39,506 bases of DNA from positions 1-39,506 of the IMG/VR virus record IMGVR_UViG_3300032294_001287. The stretch is one strand, 5' to 3'. A program made the translations under genes and the position numbers. The notes beneath the pieces are model-generated. The model was given only the letters and a program-made list of their open reading frames with translations. It was not told where the DNA came from and made no database searches. Source of the DNA: a virus. Taxonomy: Duplodnaviria; Caudoviricetes. Below are positions 1 to 8,560 of this stretch, in pieces. Within the stretch, counting starts at the first letter, position 1. Each line of letters starts with the position of its first letter.

Positions 1-3000
1 ATCAAAAAAAGCATTGCTTCCTAGTTGTGTTTGCGAAATTGCATCAGTTCTACCAAGCAAAAATGAACCAGAAACCCCAATTTGTGTAGCAACAAAAATA
101 CTCCCCCACGCACTCGGTGTTACGCCAAGACCGAGGTTGCCGGAAGAGGTTAACCTCATTTGAACAGTATCACTTGTTAAAAACGCTAATGTATTTGCAA
201 CAGACGTACCTATACTTGTCAATCCACTTGCATTAACGATTTTAAAATCTGCTCCTGCATTAAGAAAATAAGCCGAAACATTTGATGGAGCGATTCTTAC
301 ATCTAAACCAGCAATCGGGCTAGCCGTCCCAATCCCCACATTGCCGCCGGAGGTGATGGTCATGCGGGGGGAGCCGCCTGCATCAAAGAATAATGCTTTA
401 CCTGTATCCCCCCCAACTACCAATCCATTGGATGTGTTGTATGCATACCCAATAAGCGAGCCGCCTGTTTGCCAAGTTATCTGACCGCCAGATGTGCCAT
501 TTACCGAAAGCGTTGAATAGCCACTTGTTGAGTTTGGCGTTGCCGTCCCTATCCCCACATTGCCGCCCATAAAGGCAGTAGTTACGCTAGATATTCCAGA
601 GCGAGAAATTTCAATAGCATTAATACCATTTGTTGCAGAATCGTTTAAAGCCCTTACCCTAAATGTCCCACTAGTGACTAGGTTTTGAATAGCCCAAAGT
701 TTAGTATCTGTTGTATTTCCTGCTTGATTTAACCAAAAAGCATTTTGATCATTAGACTGAATAGTTGCAGCAGATAGTATACCATTAGCGGGTGCTGTTG
801 ATGTAGTTCCAACTGACAAACCGCTGTTGCTTCCCAACGTCATCGCCTGCGTGAATGATATCGCATTGCCAGCTGTGCCGGATGGGGCGGTGTACCAAAG
901 ATGTTGACTCTCAAATTGTGCATATCTACTTGCAAAACTATTAGAAACATATATCCAACTTGTGCCATTAAAATATGCGTTTCTTGTATAACCATATACA
1001 CTTGATGCATAGGTGCTATTTTCAAAAGCTTGACTTCCGCTTACCCACGCACTCGGATCAACACCAAGCCCAAGATTTCCGGATCCGTTTTCCCTTAGTG
1101 AACTATCTACAACAACAGTACTATTTGTCCAGCGTAAAAATCTATTCGCCGTACCTGTTTGATGTTGCAGCGTTCCATTTGTTACTACAACAATACCGCT
1201 ACCCAATGCGCCAACTGTTAAGTCGCTAACTGTTAGTGAAATGCTTGAAAGGTTATTACCCCGAACGAGTTGGCCATCACTGTTAGCTGTAATAAAAGCC
1301 TGACCTGTTCCTGCTAATGCAGTCAATCTAGCGTTTCCGCTTATTTGCAAAGCATTTGCTGTATCATCAACTGCGCCATTGATAAGAATACGCATGGTGT
1401 TTTTTGGTATTGCAAGTGCATTACCTAAATATGTACCGTTGTTATATGCGCCAATTCTGTAATTAGTATTAGCATCGAAACCTGTATCAAAATGCCTAAC
1501 ATTTGCAACGGTGAAAATAACAGTTGAAGCGTTTTGCGAAGCTGTGTTTATTACAAGTGAAACGCCATTGTTTGCAGCTGACCCATCAAGTGTTACAAGT
1601 CGGCTTCCATCGTCACTAAGTAAGCTGTTTCCAATAGTCGATGTGCCTGTGAATTTTGCTATCGTTCCGCTTGTCCCAGTACCAGTCACAGGGTTAGTCA
1701 ACGCATTCTGCTTATTGTTAAACGTAGTCCAATCGGTTGAACTAAGCAAACCATTCTGCGAGCCACTAGCAGTAGCAATAGCAATCGTAATCGTTCCGCT
1801 GCCTGTTACAGGCGTATTGCCAATAGTCACGCCGCTTGTCGCACTAGATAAGCCCACACTTGTAACCGTACCAACCGACCATGAACGATCAGCTGATAAA
1901 TCGAATGCAGTTCCGTTAATAGTAAGCGTACGAGTCGATGCAACACCGCCAAGACCTGCGAGCGTGTACGTTGGCACGTTAAGTGTACCTCCGCTATATG
2001 TAGCCGAGCCGCTGTTGCCTGTTGTTGTTAGTGTGATTGCAGCCCTAGCGCGCGCGTCGGTATAGTAAAGATTCGTTCCCTCATTTATGTGGCTAGTTGA
2101 TAGTGATACCGCGCCTGTGAATCCGTTTACAGAACTCACCGCATCTGTATTGTCAACCTTATCCCACGCAGTACCGTTAAAGATAGCCCAATCACCTACG
2201 CGCCAATCGCTCTTGCCATCAAGTGTAGTAGTACCCGAAACGTCAACGATATAGTAATGCCCCTTAGTGCCTGTACCGCTTGCAAGTGTTGGTGTGTTGG
2301 TGTTTGCATTCCATGTTCCTTGAAACATAACGCCGCCGACCATTGCGCTAATTTGATTTTGTATCTTGCCAAACGCTTGCAAGATACTATCAGTTGATGC
2401 TATCGTGCCGCCGCCTGTTAAGTTAAGTCCAGTAAGCACCTTGCCAATCACCGCGCTGTTGGTAAGCGTTGCAGATGCGCTACCCGGCCCCGATGCTGTC
2501 ACCTCGCCTGTAAGGGCTGTAATGTAGTTGCCCGCCGCTTGATATTGCGGTACATTAAGCGTTGCACCGACAAGCGTTGCCGCGCCTGAACTGCCCGATG
2601 TAGTAAGGGTTAATGCGTTTTGTTTGTTATTAAACGTAGTCCAATCGCTCGAAGATAGCAAACCAATAGTCGAGCCGCTTGCCGTAGCGATGTCAATAGT
2701 AATGTTTCCGCTGCCAGTTACAGGTGTTGAGCCGATTGTAACGCCTGTGGTGCTAGTTGTTAAACCTACTGAACGCACGCCATCTGTAATGCCGTAGCCG
2801 TTTAAGGTTGTGGGTGTGTTTGTAATCTTTGACCATGTAAGCGCGGTAATCCACGCTGGGTTTGAATATGTGCTATCTGTACGCACATCGCCAACAGTCC
2901 ATGAACGATCAGCACTTAAATCAAACGCAGTTCCGTTAATAGTCAGCTGCCTTGATGTGGGTACGCCACCCAGACCAGATAGTGTATATTGAGGTACGTT

Positions 3001-3894
3001 AAGAGTGCTACCAACTAGTGTTGCAGCACCACTAGAACAAGATGTGGTTAATGATAAAGCGTTCTGCTTGTTATTAAAAGTCGTCCAGTCTGTGGATGTA
3101 AGATAACCATTAGCAGAACCTGACGCTGCACCGATTAGATTGAATATATCTCTATTCTTCCAAAGATTCGTAGCCGTGTCTCGCCATAAAACATCTTTAC
3201 TTCCGTAAGTTCCAATAAGTACATCGTGAAGCTCTTCAAGCTCAAACCCGTTAACAACATGAACAAAGATCTCTCCATTGTTTTGGTTGGCTCTGGTAAC
3301 AACACCAAGATAAACTAAGTGTGCTGGAGCAACTGGCTTATTCGCCAGACCAAACAGAAGGTTACCATTGGTACCCAACCAAACAGGATCACCAGCCTGA
3401 GCTGTAGATGTATTTATTCCTGTAAGCTTACCTTCTGTAATAACAAAACCCTGTCCATTGTTTGACAGGTTCTGCGACAGAAGTCCAAGAGTCTTTGATG
3501 ATGTAGCATCAGAAGTATTAGAAGCCTTACTAACCACAACATTCGTACCATCAGCACCACTGATGTAAACCGCCTGACCCTTATTAATACTCTCGCCAGC
3601 TTTTACATTTTGTCTTATGTCTGTGGTGAAGTTATCAATCCATTCAGTATTATAGTTAGTTCCGTCTACCTTAGCAAGTATCTGACCTGCAGATCCACCA
3701 ACAGGAACTGCAGCAGCAGCGATGGCTGCATCGATATCGCTACGAAGCTCAGCGCCAGTTCTGTATTTAACTACGCCATTATCAATAACGATAAACCTGT
3801 CAGTATCTGTCGTTGCATTGGCAACAGAATTAAGTGTGGCTGTGCCATCAACAATAAGTCCCGCCTTTGCTAGTATGTTACTTAAAAACTTCAT
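1..3894 (-). CDS. Tail fibre / receptor-binding protein, >1298 aa, 3' end beyond the window edge
   Basis: ATG at 3894 (MKFLSNILAKAGLIVDG...). No stop found by hand translation down to position 1, which explains its absence from the ORF track. Contains GNVGIGT/GNLGLGV repeats, WYTAPSGTAGNAISFTQAMTL, three DWTTFNNKQNAL repeats and PTTLNGYGITD; Gly/Thr/Ser-rich. Confidence 0.88.
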   Translation of the reverse strand, partial: MKFLSNILAKAGLIVDGTATLNSVANATTDTDRFIVIDNGVVKYRTGAELRSDIDAAIAAAAVPVGGSAGQILAKVDGTNYNTEWIDNFTTDIRQNVKAGESINKGQAVYISGADGTNVVVSKASNTSDATSSKTLGLLSQNLSNNGQGFVITEGKLTGINTSTAQAGDPVWLGTNGNLLFGLANKPVAPAHLVYLGVVTRANQNNGEIFVHVVNGFELEELHDVLIGTYGSKDVLWRDTATNLWKNRDIFNLIGAASGSANGYLTSTDWTTFNNKQNALSLTTSCSSGAATLVGSTLNVPQYTLSGLGGVPTSRQLTINGTAFDLSADRSWTVGDVRTDSTYSNPAWITALTWSKITNTPTTLNGYGITDGVRSVGLTTSTTGVTIGSTPVTGSGNITIDIATASGSTIGLLSSSDWTTFNNKQNALTLTTSGSSGAATLVGATLNVPQYQAAGNYITALTGEVTASGPGSASATLTNSAVIGKVLTGLNLTGGGTIASTDSILQAFGKIQNQISAMVGGVMFQGTWNANTNTPTLASGTGTKGHYYIVDVSGTTTLDGKSDWRVGDWAIFNGTAWDKVDNTDAVSSVNGFTGAVSLSTSHINEGTNLYYTDARARAAITLTTTGNSGSATYSGGTLNVPTYTLAGLGGVASTRTLTINGTAFDLSADRSWSVGTVTSVGLSSATSGVTIGNTPVTGSGTITIAIATASGSQNGLLSSTDWTTFNNKQNALTNPVTGTGTSGTIAKFTGTSTIGNSLLSDDGSRLVTLDGSAANNGVSLVINTASQNASTVIFTVANVRHFDTGFDANTNYRIGAYNNGTYLGNALAIPKNTMRILINGAVDDTANALQISGNARLTALAGTGQAFITANSDGQLVRGNNLSSISLTVSDLTVGALGSGIVVVTNGTLQHQTGTANRFLRWTNSTVVVDSSLRENGSGNLGLGVDPSAWVSGSQAFENSTYASSVYGYTRNAYFNGTSWIYVSNSFASRYAQFESQHLWYTAPSGTAGNAISFTQAMTLGSNSGLSVGTTSTAPANGILSAATIQSNDQNAFWLNQAGNTTDTKLWAIQNLVTSGTFRVRALNDSATNGINAIEISRSGISSVTTAFMGGNVGIGTATPNSTSGYSTLSVNGTSGGQITWQTGGSLIGYAYNTSNGLVVGGDTGKALFFDAGGSPRMTITSGGNVGIGTASPIAGLDVRIAPSNVSAYFLNAGADFKIVNASGLTSIGTSVANTLAFLTSDTVQMRLTSSGNLGLGVTPSAWGSIFVATQIGVSGSFLLGRTDAISQTQLGSNAFFD

Positions 3895-3895
3895 A

Positions 3896-5089
3896 TTACT
3901 TTCTGATTATTACTCTGTATTGATTTGTAGTTGGCGCAGTTGCAAAAACAAACTGTACCGTGTTCACCCCGTTTCTGATAGTATCAACAAATACAGTCTC
4001 ACCTGTAGCAACCTCAACTACCTCAACCTCTACATCCAAAGTATTCAATGAGTGGGTGACAGTGATCGTGGTGGCAGAACCATTACCGACATTAGCCACA
4101 TACTTACCGCCAGTGATCTGAGCAGCGATGTAGTTAACAAGATCGGTCTGGTTTGTGATAGTACCAGTGATGTTTCCCCACACAGCACCCGGGGCGAATA
4201 TGCCCACATCGTATGGCTGGATGGGAAGGTTGGTTGGAGTGTACGCAGGGATCTGATAGTTGTTCAGGATCCTGATAAGATCTCTGATATCCTCATAGAT
4301 GCCATCAGTCTGAACGATGAGAACCCTGTCTATAATATGTTTGAATAATGCCTGAGCAAACTCGAAGTCTTCCTTCAGCTGATCCTGCTCCTGACACTCA
4401 TTAGCAGCCTGATCCCACTTAACCTTAAGGTCGTGGATCTGATCTACCAAAGTCTGTGGTGTCGGTGGTGTTGCTGCGTAGGTAGTATATGTCTTAGTGA
4501 GTATATCTCTTATAGTTAACCAAGCAGATGTCTGGCTGGTGTATATAAGCGTAGCATAAAATGTTACCGTATAATTGGCGTCGAAGTAGCTGTTATTGAA
4601 TCTAAGATCGATAGATGCCCCCGAGCCGGTCAGCGTTCCTGTAGGAGTGCTGACAACAGACCAAGATCTTGTAATTGTATTTGTGTATCCGCCAATAGCG
4701 TAGTTAGTGCTATCTATAATGTCAAGGTCTGGGGTGAACACGTCGAAGTCGTCAACGATGTTCAACACCTTCGGGGTGTACTGAAAATTAAACTGCCTAG
4801 TAAAAGTAGTCACCACCAGATCGGTAGTGATAACCTCGTATATAATATTGTAGTTCCCGCACTGAACGCCACCGTCAGCTGCAGGATTCATGTTGTAAGA
4901 AAAGGCGCCCCCTGAGCTGGTAATGTCAGGCGTACTAAAGCTACCAGTCCTAGTGTAACCATCTGGTGTGGTAATGATAAACCTTCCAACTGCGCCGGCG
5001 GGTAGAGTTGATGCGTCAGTTAGTATTAGTATAGGGGCGCCAGAAAGGTCGAACCTTACGTTAAACGATAAATTGTTGATAGTGGGCAT
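3896..5089 (-). CDS. Putative virion structural (tail-associated) protein, ~397 aa
   Basis: Thr-rich, beta-type composition, C-terminal GNGSATTITVTHSLNT motif, abuts tail fibre gene. Start moved to ATG 5089, just downstream of a promoter-like box. Confidence 0.6.
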   Translation of the reverse strand: MPTINNLSFNVRFDLSGAPILILTDASTLPAGAVGRFIITTPDGYTRTGSFSTPDITSSGGAFSYNMNPAADGGVQCGNYNIIYEVITTDLVVTTFTRQFNFQYTPKVLNIVDDFDVFTPDLDIIDSTNYAIGGYTNTITRSWSVVSTPTGTLTGSGASIDLRFNNSYFDANYTVTFYATLIYTSQTSAWLTIRDILTKTYTTYAATPPTPQTLVDQIHDLKVKWDQAANECQEQDQLKEDFEFAQALFKHIIDRVLIVQTDGIYEDIRDLIRILNNYQIPAYTPTNLPIQPYDVGIFAPGAVWGNITGTITNQTDLVNYIAAQITGGKYVANVGNGSATTITVTHSLNTLDVEVEVVEVATGETVFVDTIRNGVNTVQFVFATAPTTNQYRVIIRK

Positions 5090-5143
5090 CTTCGTGCAAA
5101 ATTGCAAACAAAGCCAGTCATTAGCCTAAAAAAGACACCATAG

Positions 5144-5175
5144 AAAAAACCCCCGAGCTAGATAACTCAGGGGGT
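5144..5175 (-). terminator. Intrinsic terminator
   Basis: ACCCCC(T)GAG/CTCGGGGGT hairpin followed by T6 on the minus strand, downstream of 5204..6037. Confidence 0.65.
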
Positions 5176-5203
5176 AGAACCAAACAATCCAAACTAAGAG
5201 AGA

Positions 5204-6037
5204 CTATTTTTTGGACTTTGACTGTATAGTCTGATAGACCTTTTCACCTTTTGGATTTGTCTCGCAGTACGAGATCAGTTCCTCTACATTGTCTCCACCG
5301 GTAGTCCTTGATACAACAAGGATAACCTCACCTGTGGGCCAAGAAAACTTGGATTGCTCGGCATCAAAGCTGATCACACCCTTTGTGAGGGCACGATTTA
5401 TGGTAGCCTTCATTACAGCCTGCTTGTTGTTGATAAGATCTAAAAATGCCTTAGGATCCTTATCAGCCAATGTTTCTAGAGTATTTCTCAAAACGTCAAC
5501 CTTCTTAGAGTCATCCTGACCAATGGCAGCGATGTAGGTGCGAACCTCTTCAGCGCTCAGGTCAGCAGCAGCGTTCAGGGCCTCACGCTTAATGTTACGT
5601 GTACGGCGCTCAACCTCTACCTTAGACTCCTCGTCAACCAGCTCAAACAACATTTCTTTAGTTGTGTCGCGGTTAGGGTTAGATACGTTGTAATTACATA
5701 AAGACAGGTAGGAGTGAATCTCCTGATCCTGACCACGGCCACCGGAGAGTATCAAGTACCCACCCTGATTGCCATAAAAATAAAGATCGTGGAACGTGTG
5801 AACACCGCTGGCATTCACAGACTTAACTGCAGCAATATCTACATAATCCTGCTTTACGTCATCCCATATCTGATCGATAGGCGGGATCTGCCTTACCGAA
5901 GGAATCGCCGGTTTTGACTCATCCATCGGATTTCGTTCTGTTGTGTAAACCTTGTAGACAGCCTGCTGCCCGGGTTTTAATTTCGTTTTGTCAATAAGTT
6001 CTTTACTGACATTGTTGTAAAGTTCTGTCTTTCTCAT
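5204..6037 (-). CDS. Hypothetical protein immediately downstream of the major capsid gene
   Basis: 277 aa ORF with A-rich start context; function unknown, head-module position only. Confidence 0.6.
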   Translation of the reverse strand: MRKTELYNNVSKELIDKTKLKPGQQAVYKVYTTERNPMDESKPAIPSVRQIPPIDQIWDDVKQDYVDIAAVKSVNASGVHTFHDLYFYGNQGGYLILSGGRGQDQEIHSYLSLCNYNVSNPNRDTTKEMLFELVDEESKVEVERRTRNIKREALNAAADLSAEEVRTYIAAIGQDDSKKVDVLRNTLETLADKDPKAFLDLINNKQAVMKATINRALTKGVISFDAEQSKFSWPTGEVILVVSRTTGGDNVEELISYCETNPKGEKVYQTIQSKSKK

Positions 6038-6060
6038 CTTAGTTTATTTATTGGTTATTA

Positions 6061-6092
6061 ATAATAAGGAGGAGGATTTCTCCCCCTCCGTT
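6061..6092 (-). terminator. Intrinsic terminator / stabilising hairpin after the major capsid gene
   Basis: GGAGGGGGA-GAAA-TCCTCCTCC hairpin followed by TTATTATT on the minus strand. Confidence 0.65.
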
Positions 6093-6099
6093 ATTTTAT

Positions 6100-7416
6100 C
6101 TATTTCAACTTGAAAGTCTGAGCACCGCCCAAAAGTTCCAAACCTTGGATAGATTCGTAGTGGATTTCCAACACGCTACGCTCATTGGTAGGTACAGGAG
6201 CCAAACCACCGAGAAGGATTTCACGGTATTTGAAATCTGTGTTACCTTCCGCCATGAAGCGAACACGCATGCGGTCAACCAGCTGACCATCGTTGGTCTT
6301 GATCTTGGTAGCAGGGATACCGTAAGCAGAATCCTTAGCGTTATAACCGCCAGTGAAGTTTACGATATTCTTGTGGTCAAGGATAGGCAAATACTTCTTG
6401 TGGAAAGTACGGCCATACAACTTAACGCTGTCAATACCCAGATCCAGATTCTTACCGATGTCGAAACGAGCAGCCTGAGAAACGATAGCACCGTTACCAA
6501 GAGCATTGAAGTAGTTATCCCACAGAATATTCTGAGTGGTACCTACGAACAAGAAGTACTCTTGAGGGGTACGGTCGCGGTTCAACTGCTGAGTTAAAGC
6601 TACTAAGTCAGCTTGGTTAAGCTGTCCAGCAGTAAGCAAGCTAAGGTCTTTACCCATGCTAGTTACATACTGATCCATACCCATAGTGGTCTGTACAGGC
6701 TTACCTTCTCCGTCAACTAACACAGGGTTAGCATCAGAGAACTGAGTAGAGCTCTTACGTCCGAAGATCATAGAGGCAGAGATGTCGCTACGGAACTTCA
6801 TCAGAGACTCGTGCTGTCCTTTGTACATGAAGTAAGGCTTACCCTGAAACTCAACTTCTACCTTAGAAGCCTTCTGGATGTCAGTAACTTCAAACTTACC
6901 CTTGAAGATCTGAACTTGGTTTGCATACTTAGTTGCACCCCAACGCTTAGAAGAAGGAGAAAGTGAACCTTCACCAGAAGCATTTGAGAAGAAGCTCAGC
7001 TTGTCAGCAGTAGTAAGAGTTAAAGCAGAAGCGTCAACGCTACGGATAACTACAGTGTTGCCAGCTCCTTTAGAAGCTACGAAACCTACTCCACCGTTAG
7101 GGAAAAGAGCAAGTTCACCAGCGTTTACATAAGCGTAAGCAGCGCTGTCAACAGCAGCAGTGATCTGAGCAGGAGTACCAGTTACACCAGAACCAGTTAC
7201 GGCAGAAGGTGTAGCGAGAACATAAAGTTCTTCGTTCACGAAGTGATGATACTCAGGAACGCTAGTGATAACTGAACGACCAGTTAATTCCATTACATCC
7301 AAGAAGCTAGCTTCTTCGTTGGTGATGTCAAGAACCTTATTAAGGATCTCACGCTGATCGAGAAAATTGATTGAGGAAACGTACTGTTTGTTTAAGTTTC
7401 CAATAGTACCGGGCAT
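6100..7416 (-). CDS. Major capsid protein
   Basis: 438 aa, order portal-scaffold-MCP, NQVQIFKGKFEVT and TTMGMD segments typical of capsid proteins, followed by a terminator. Confidence 0.8.
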   Translation of the reverse strand: MPGTIGNLNKQYVSSINFLDQREILNKVLDITNEEASFLDVMELTGRSVITSVPEYHHFVNEELYVLATPSAVTGSGVTGTPAQITAAVDSAAYAYVNAGELALFPNGGVGFVASKGAGNTVVIRSVDASALTLTTADKLSFFSNASGEGSLSPSSKRWGATKYANQVQIFKGKFEVTDIQKASKVEVEFQGKPYFMYKGQHESLMKFRSDISASMIFGRKSSTQFSDANPVLVDGEGKPVQTTMGMDQYVTSMGKDLSLLTAGQLNQADLVALTQQLNRDRTPQEYFLFVGTTQNILWDNYFNALGNGAIVSQAARFDIGKNLDLGIDSVKLYGRTFHKKYLPILDHKNIVNFTGGYNAKDSAYGIPATKIKTNDGQLVDRMRVRFMAEGNTDFKYREILLGGLAPVPTNERSVLEIHYESIQGLELLGGAQTFKLK

Positions 7417-7436
7417 AATAATTTGTTTTTAAAGAG

Positions 7437-8417
7437 TTATTTAACAACTCCCCTGTTAGCAAACGCCTGCAGAAGTCCGGACGTAAAGTCCCCCGAACCG
7501 TCAGTAGGCACATCGTTCGCAGGGGCGATTTGCGGATTTTTGATCTCCTTCGTCACCTCTGATCTACCCAGCGTCTTCCCGAAATTGATGAGCGCTCGTT
7601 CAAAAAGCTCGGGGTTCTGTGAGTAGGCCGCAGTCTTATACCAACGATCATAGTCAAGCTGACCGTTATCGTTAGCAAACTGGGTAAAGAAAAGATCGTT
7701 ATTGATGGTCATGTCCAACAACCTGTTGGCTTCAGGCAGCTCGTAATTAAACTCGCCGTCTTGAGTCTTGATGGCAATCTTCTTGCCCTCTAAAAGACTC
7801 TTTGTGGCCTGATGGCTTTTAACTTCTTGCTCAAATTTCTGCAGCAGTTCTATAGACTCCTGCTCATCGTTTGAGGCTACCGGTTCCGGGGCCGTAAAGT
7901 TTTTCTGCCACTCAGCATAGTTGTAGCGAAGTTTGGATGCTTCAGCCTTGAGTAACTCTCTACCAAGTTCTGAATCTTCCTCTCCCCACTCATCAGCGTC
8001 AAGTTTGTACTTATCGACAACCTGAGTTTTATACAAGCGATCAAATGCTTTCTCGCTTATGTCCGGATACTGTTCACGGAGATTACGTCTCATAATCTCT
8101 TCATCGGACAACTTTTGGAAGTCGATTGTTTTGGCCTGAAGGTATGGTGTGACATCACCAGTCTTTTCGTAATATTCAACCAGTCCCTTGATGAAATCAT
8201 CCTTGAACTGGTAATCAGGAGCAGCCTCTTGCTTCACCTCTGGCTCAACAGTTTCTTGAACTGTAGTTTCTTGAACTGGCTCAGCACTTTCAACTGGCGC
8301 AACCTCTTGGGCTGGCTCAGTAGTTTCTTGTTGTACCGGTTCTGCGGTTGGTTCTTCTGAACCTACAAGCTTGAAGTCTTCCGGCTTAGCACCTGAAAAG
8401 TCTAAATTCTCTGACAT
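7437..8417 (-). CDS. Putative capsid scaffolding protein
   Basis: Acidic low-complexity (E/P/Q/T) N-terminus, helical body, between portal and MCP. Confidence 0.6.
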   Translation of the reverse strand: MSENLDFSGAKPEDFKLVGSEEPTAEPVQQETTEPAQEVAPVESAEPVQETTVQETVEPEVKQEAAPDYQFKDDFIKGLVEYYEKTGDVTPYLQAKTIDFQKLSDEEIMRRNLREQYPDISEKAFDRLYKTQVVDKYKLDADEWGEEDSELGRELLKAEASKLRYNYAEWQKNFTAPEPVASNDEQESIELLQKFEQEVKSHQATKSLLEGKKIAIKTQDGEFNYELPEANRLLDMTINNDLFFTQFANDNGQLDYDRWYKTAAYSQNPELFERALINFGKTLGRSEVTKEIKNPQIAPANDVPTDGSGDFTSGLLQAFANRGVVK

Positions 8418-8517
8418 AGTTTTCTATTTGGTTTGTGATCCCCCGAACGGGGTTGGTTTATAACCGGCAAAGTTTTCAATAACTATTGAAAATATTGTAA
8501 AATTTAGGGGGTGGTTA

Positions 8518-8553
8518 TTAAAGAAGGGCTGCAGCCTTATCAACTGCAACCCT
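8518..8553 (-). terminator. Intrinsic terminator after the portal gene
   Basis: AGGGTTGCAGTT/GGCTGCAGCCCT hairpin followed by TCTTT on the minus strand. Confidence 0.6.
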
Positions 8554-8560
8554 ATCTTAA

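Noticed and set aside
1-3894. Diversity-generating retroelement acting on the tail fibre
   Set aside because: No reverse transcriptase in the window, and repeat copies differ largely at synonymous positions rather than specifically at adenines
840-4348. ORF-track entries within the tail fibre and structural genes (e.g. 1511..2065+, 2810..2992+)
   Set aside because: They are antisense or off-frame shadows of long, motif-bearing minus-strand genes; the same applies to most short opposite-strand ORFs elsewhere in the track
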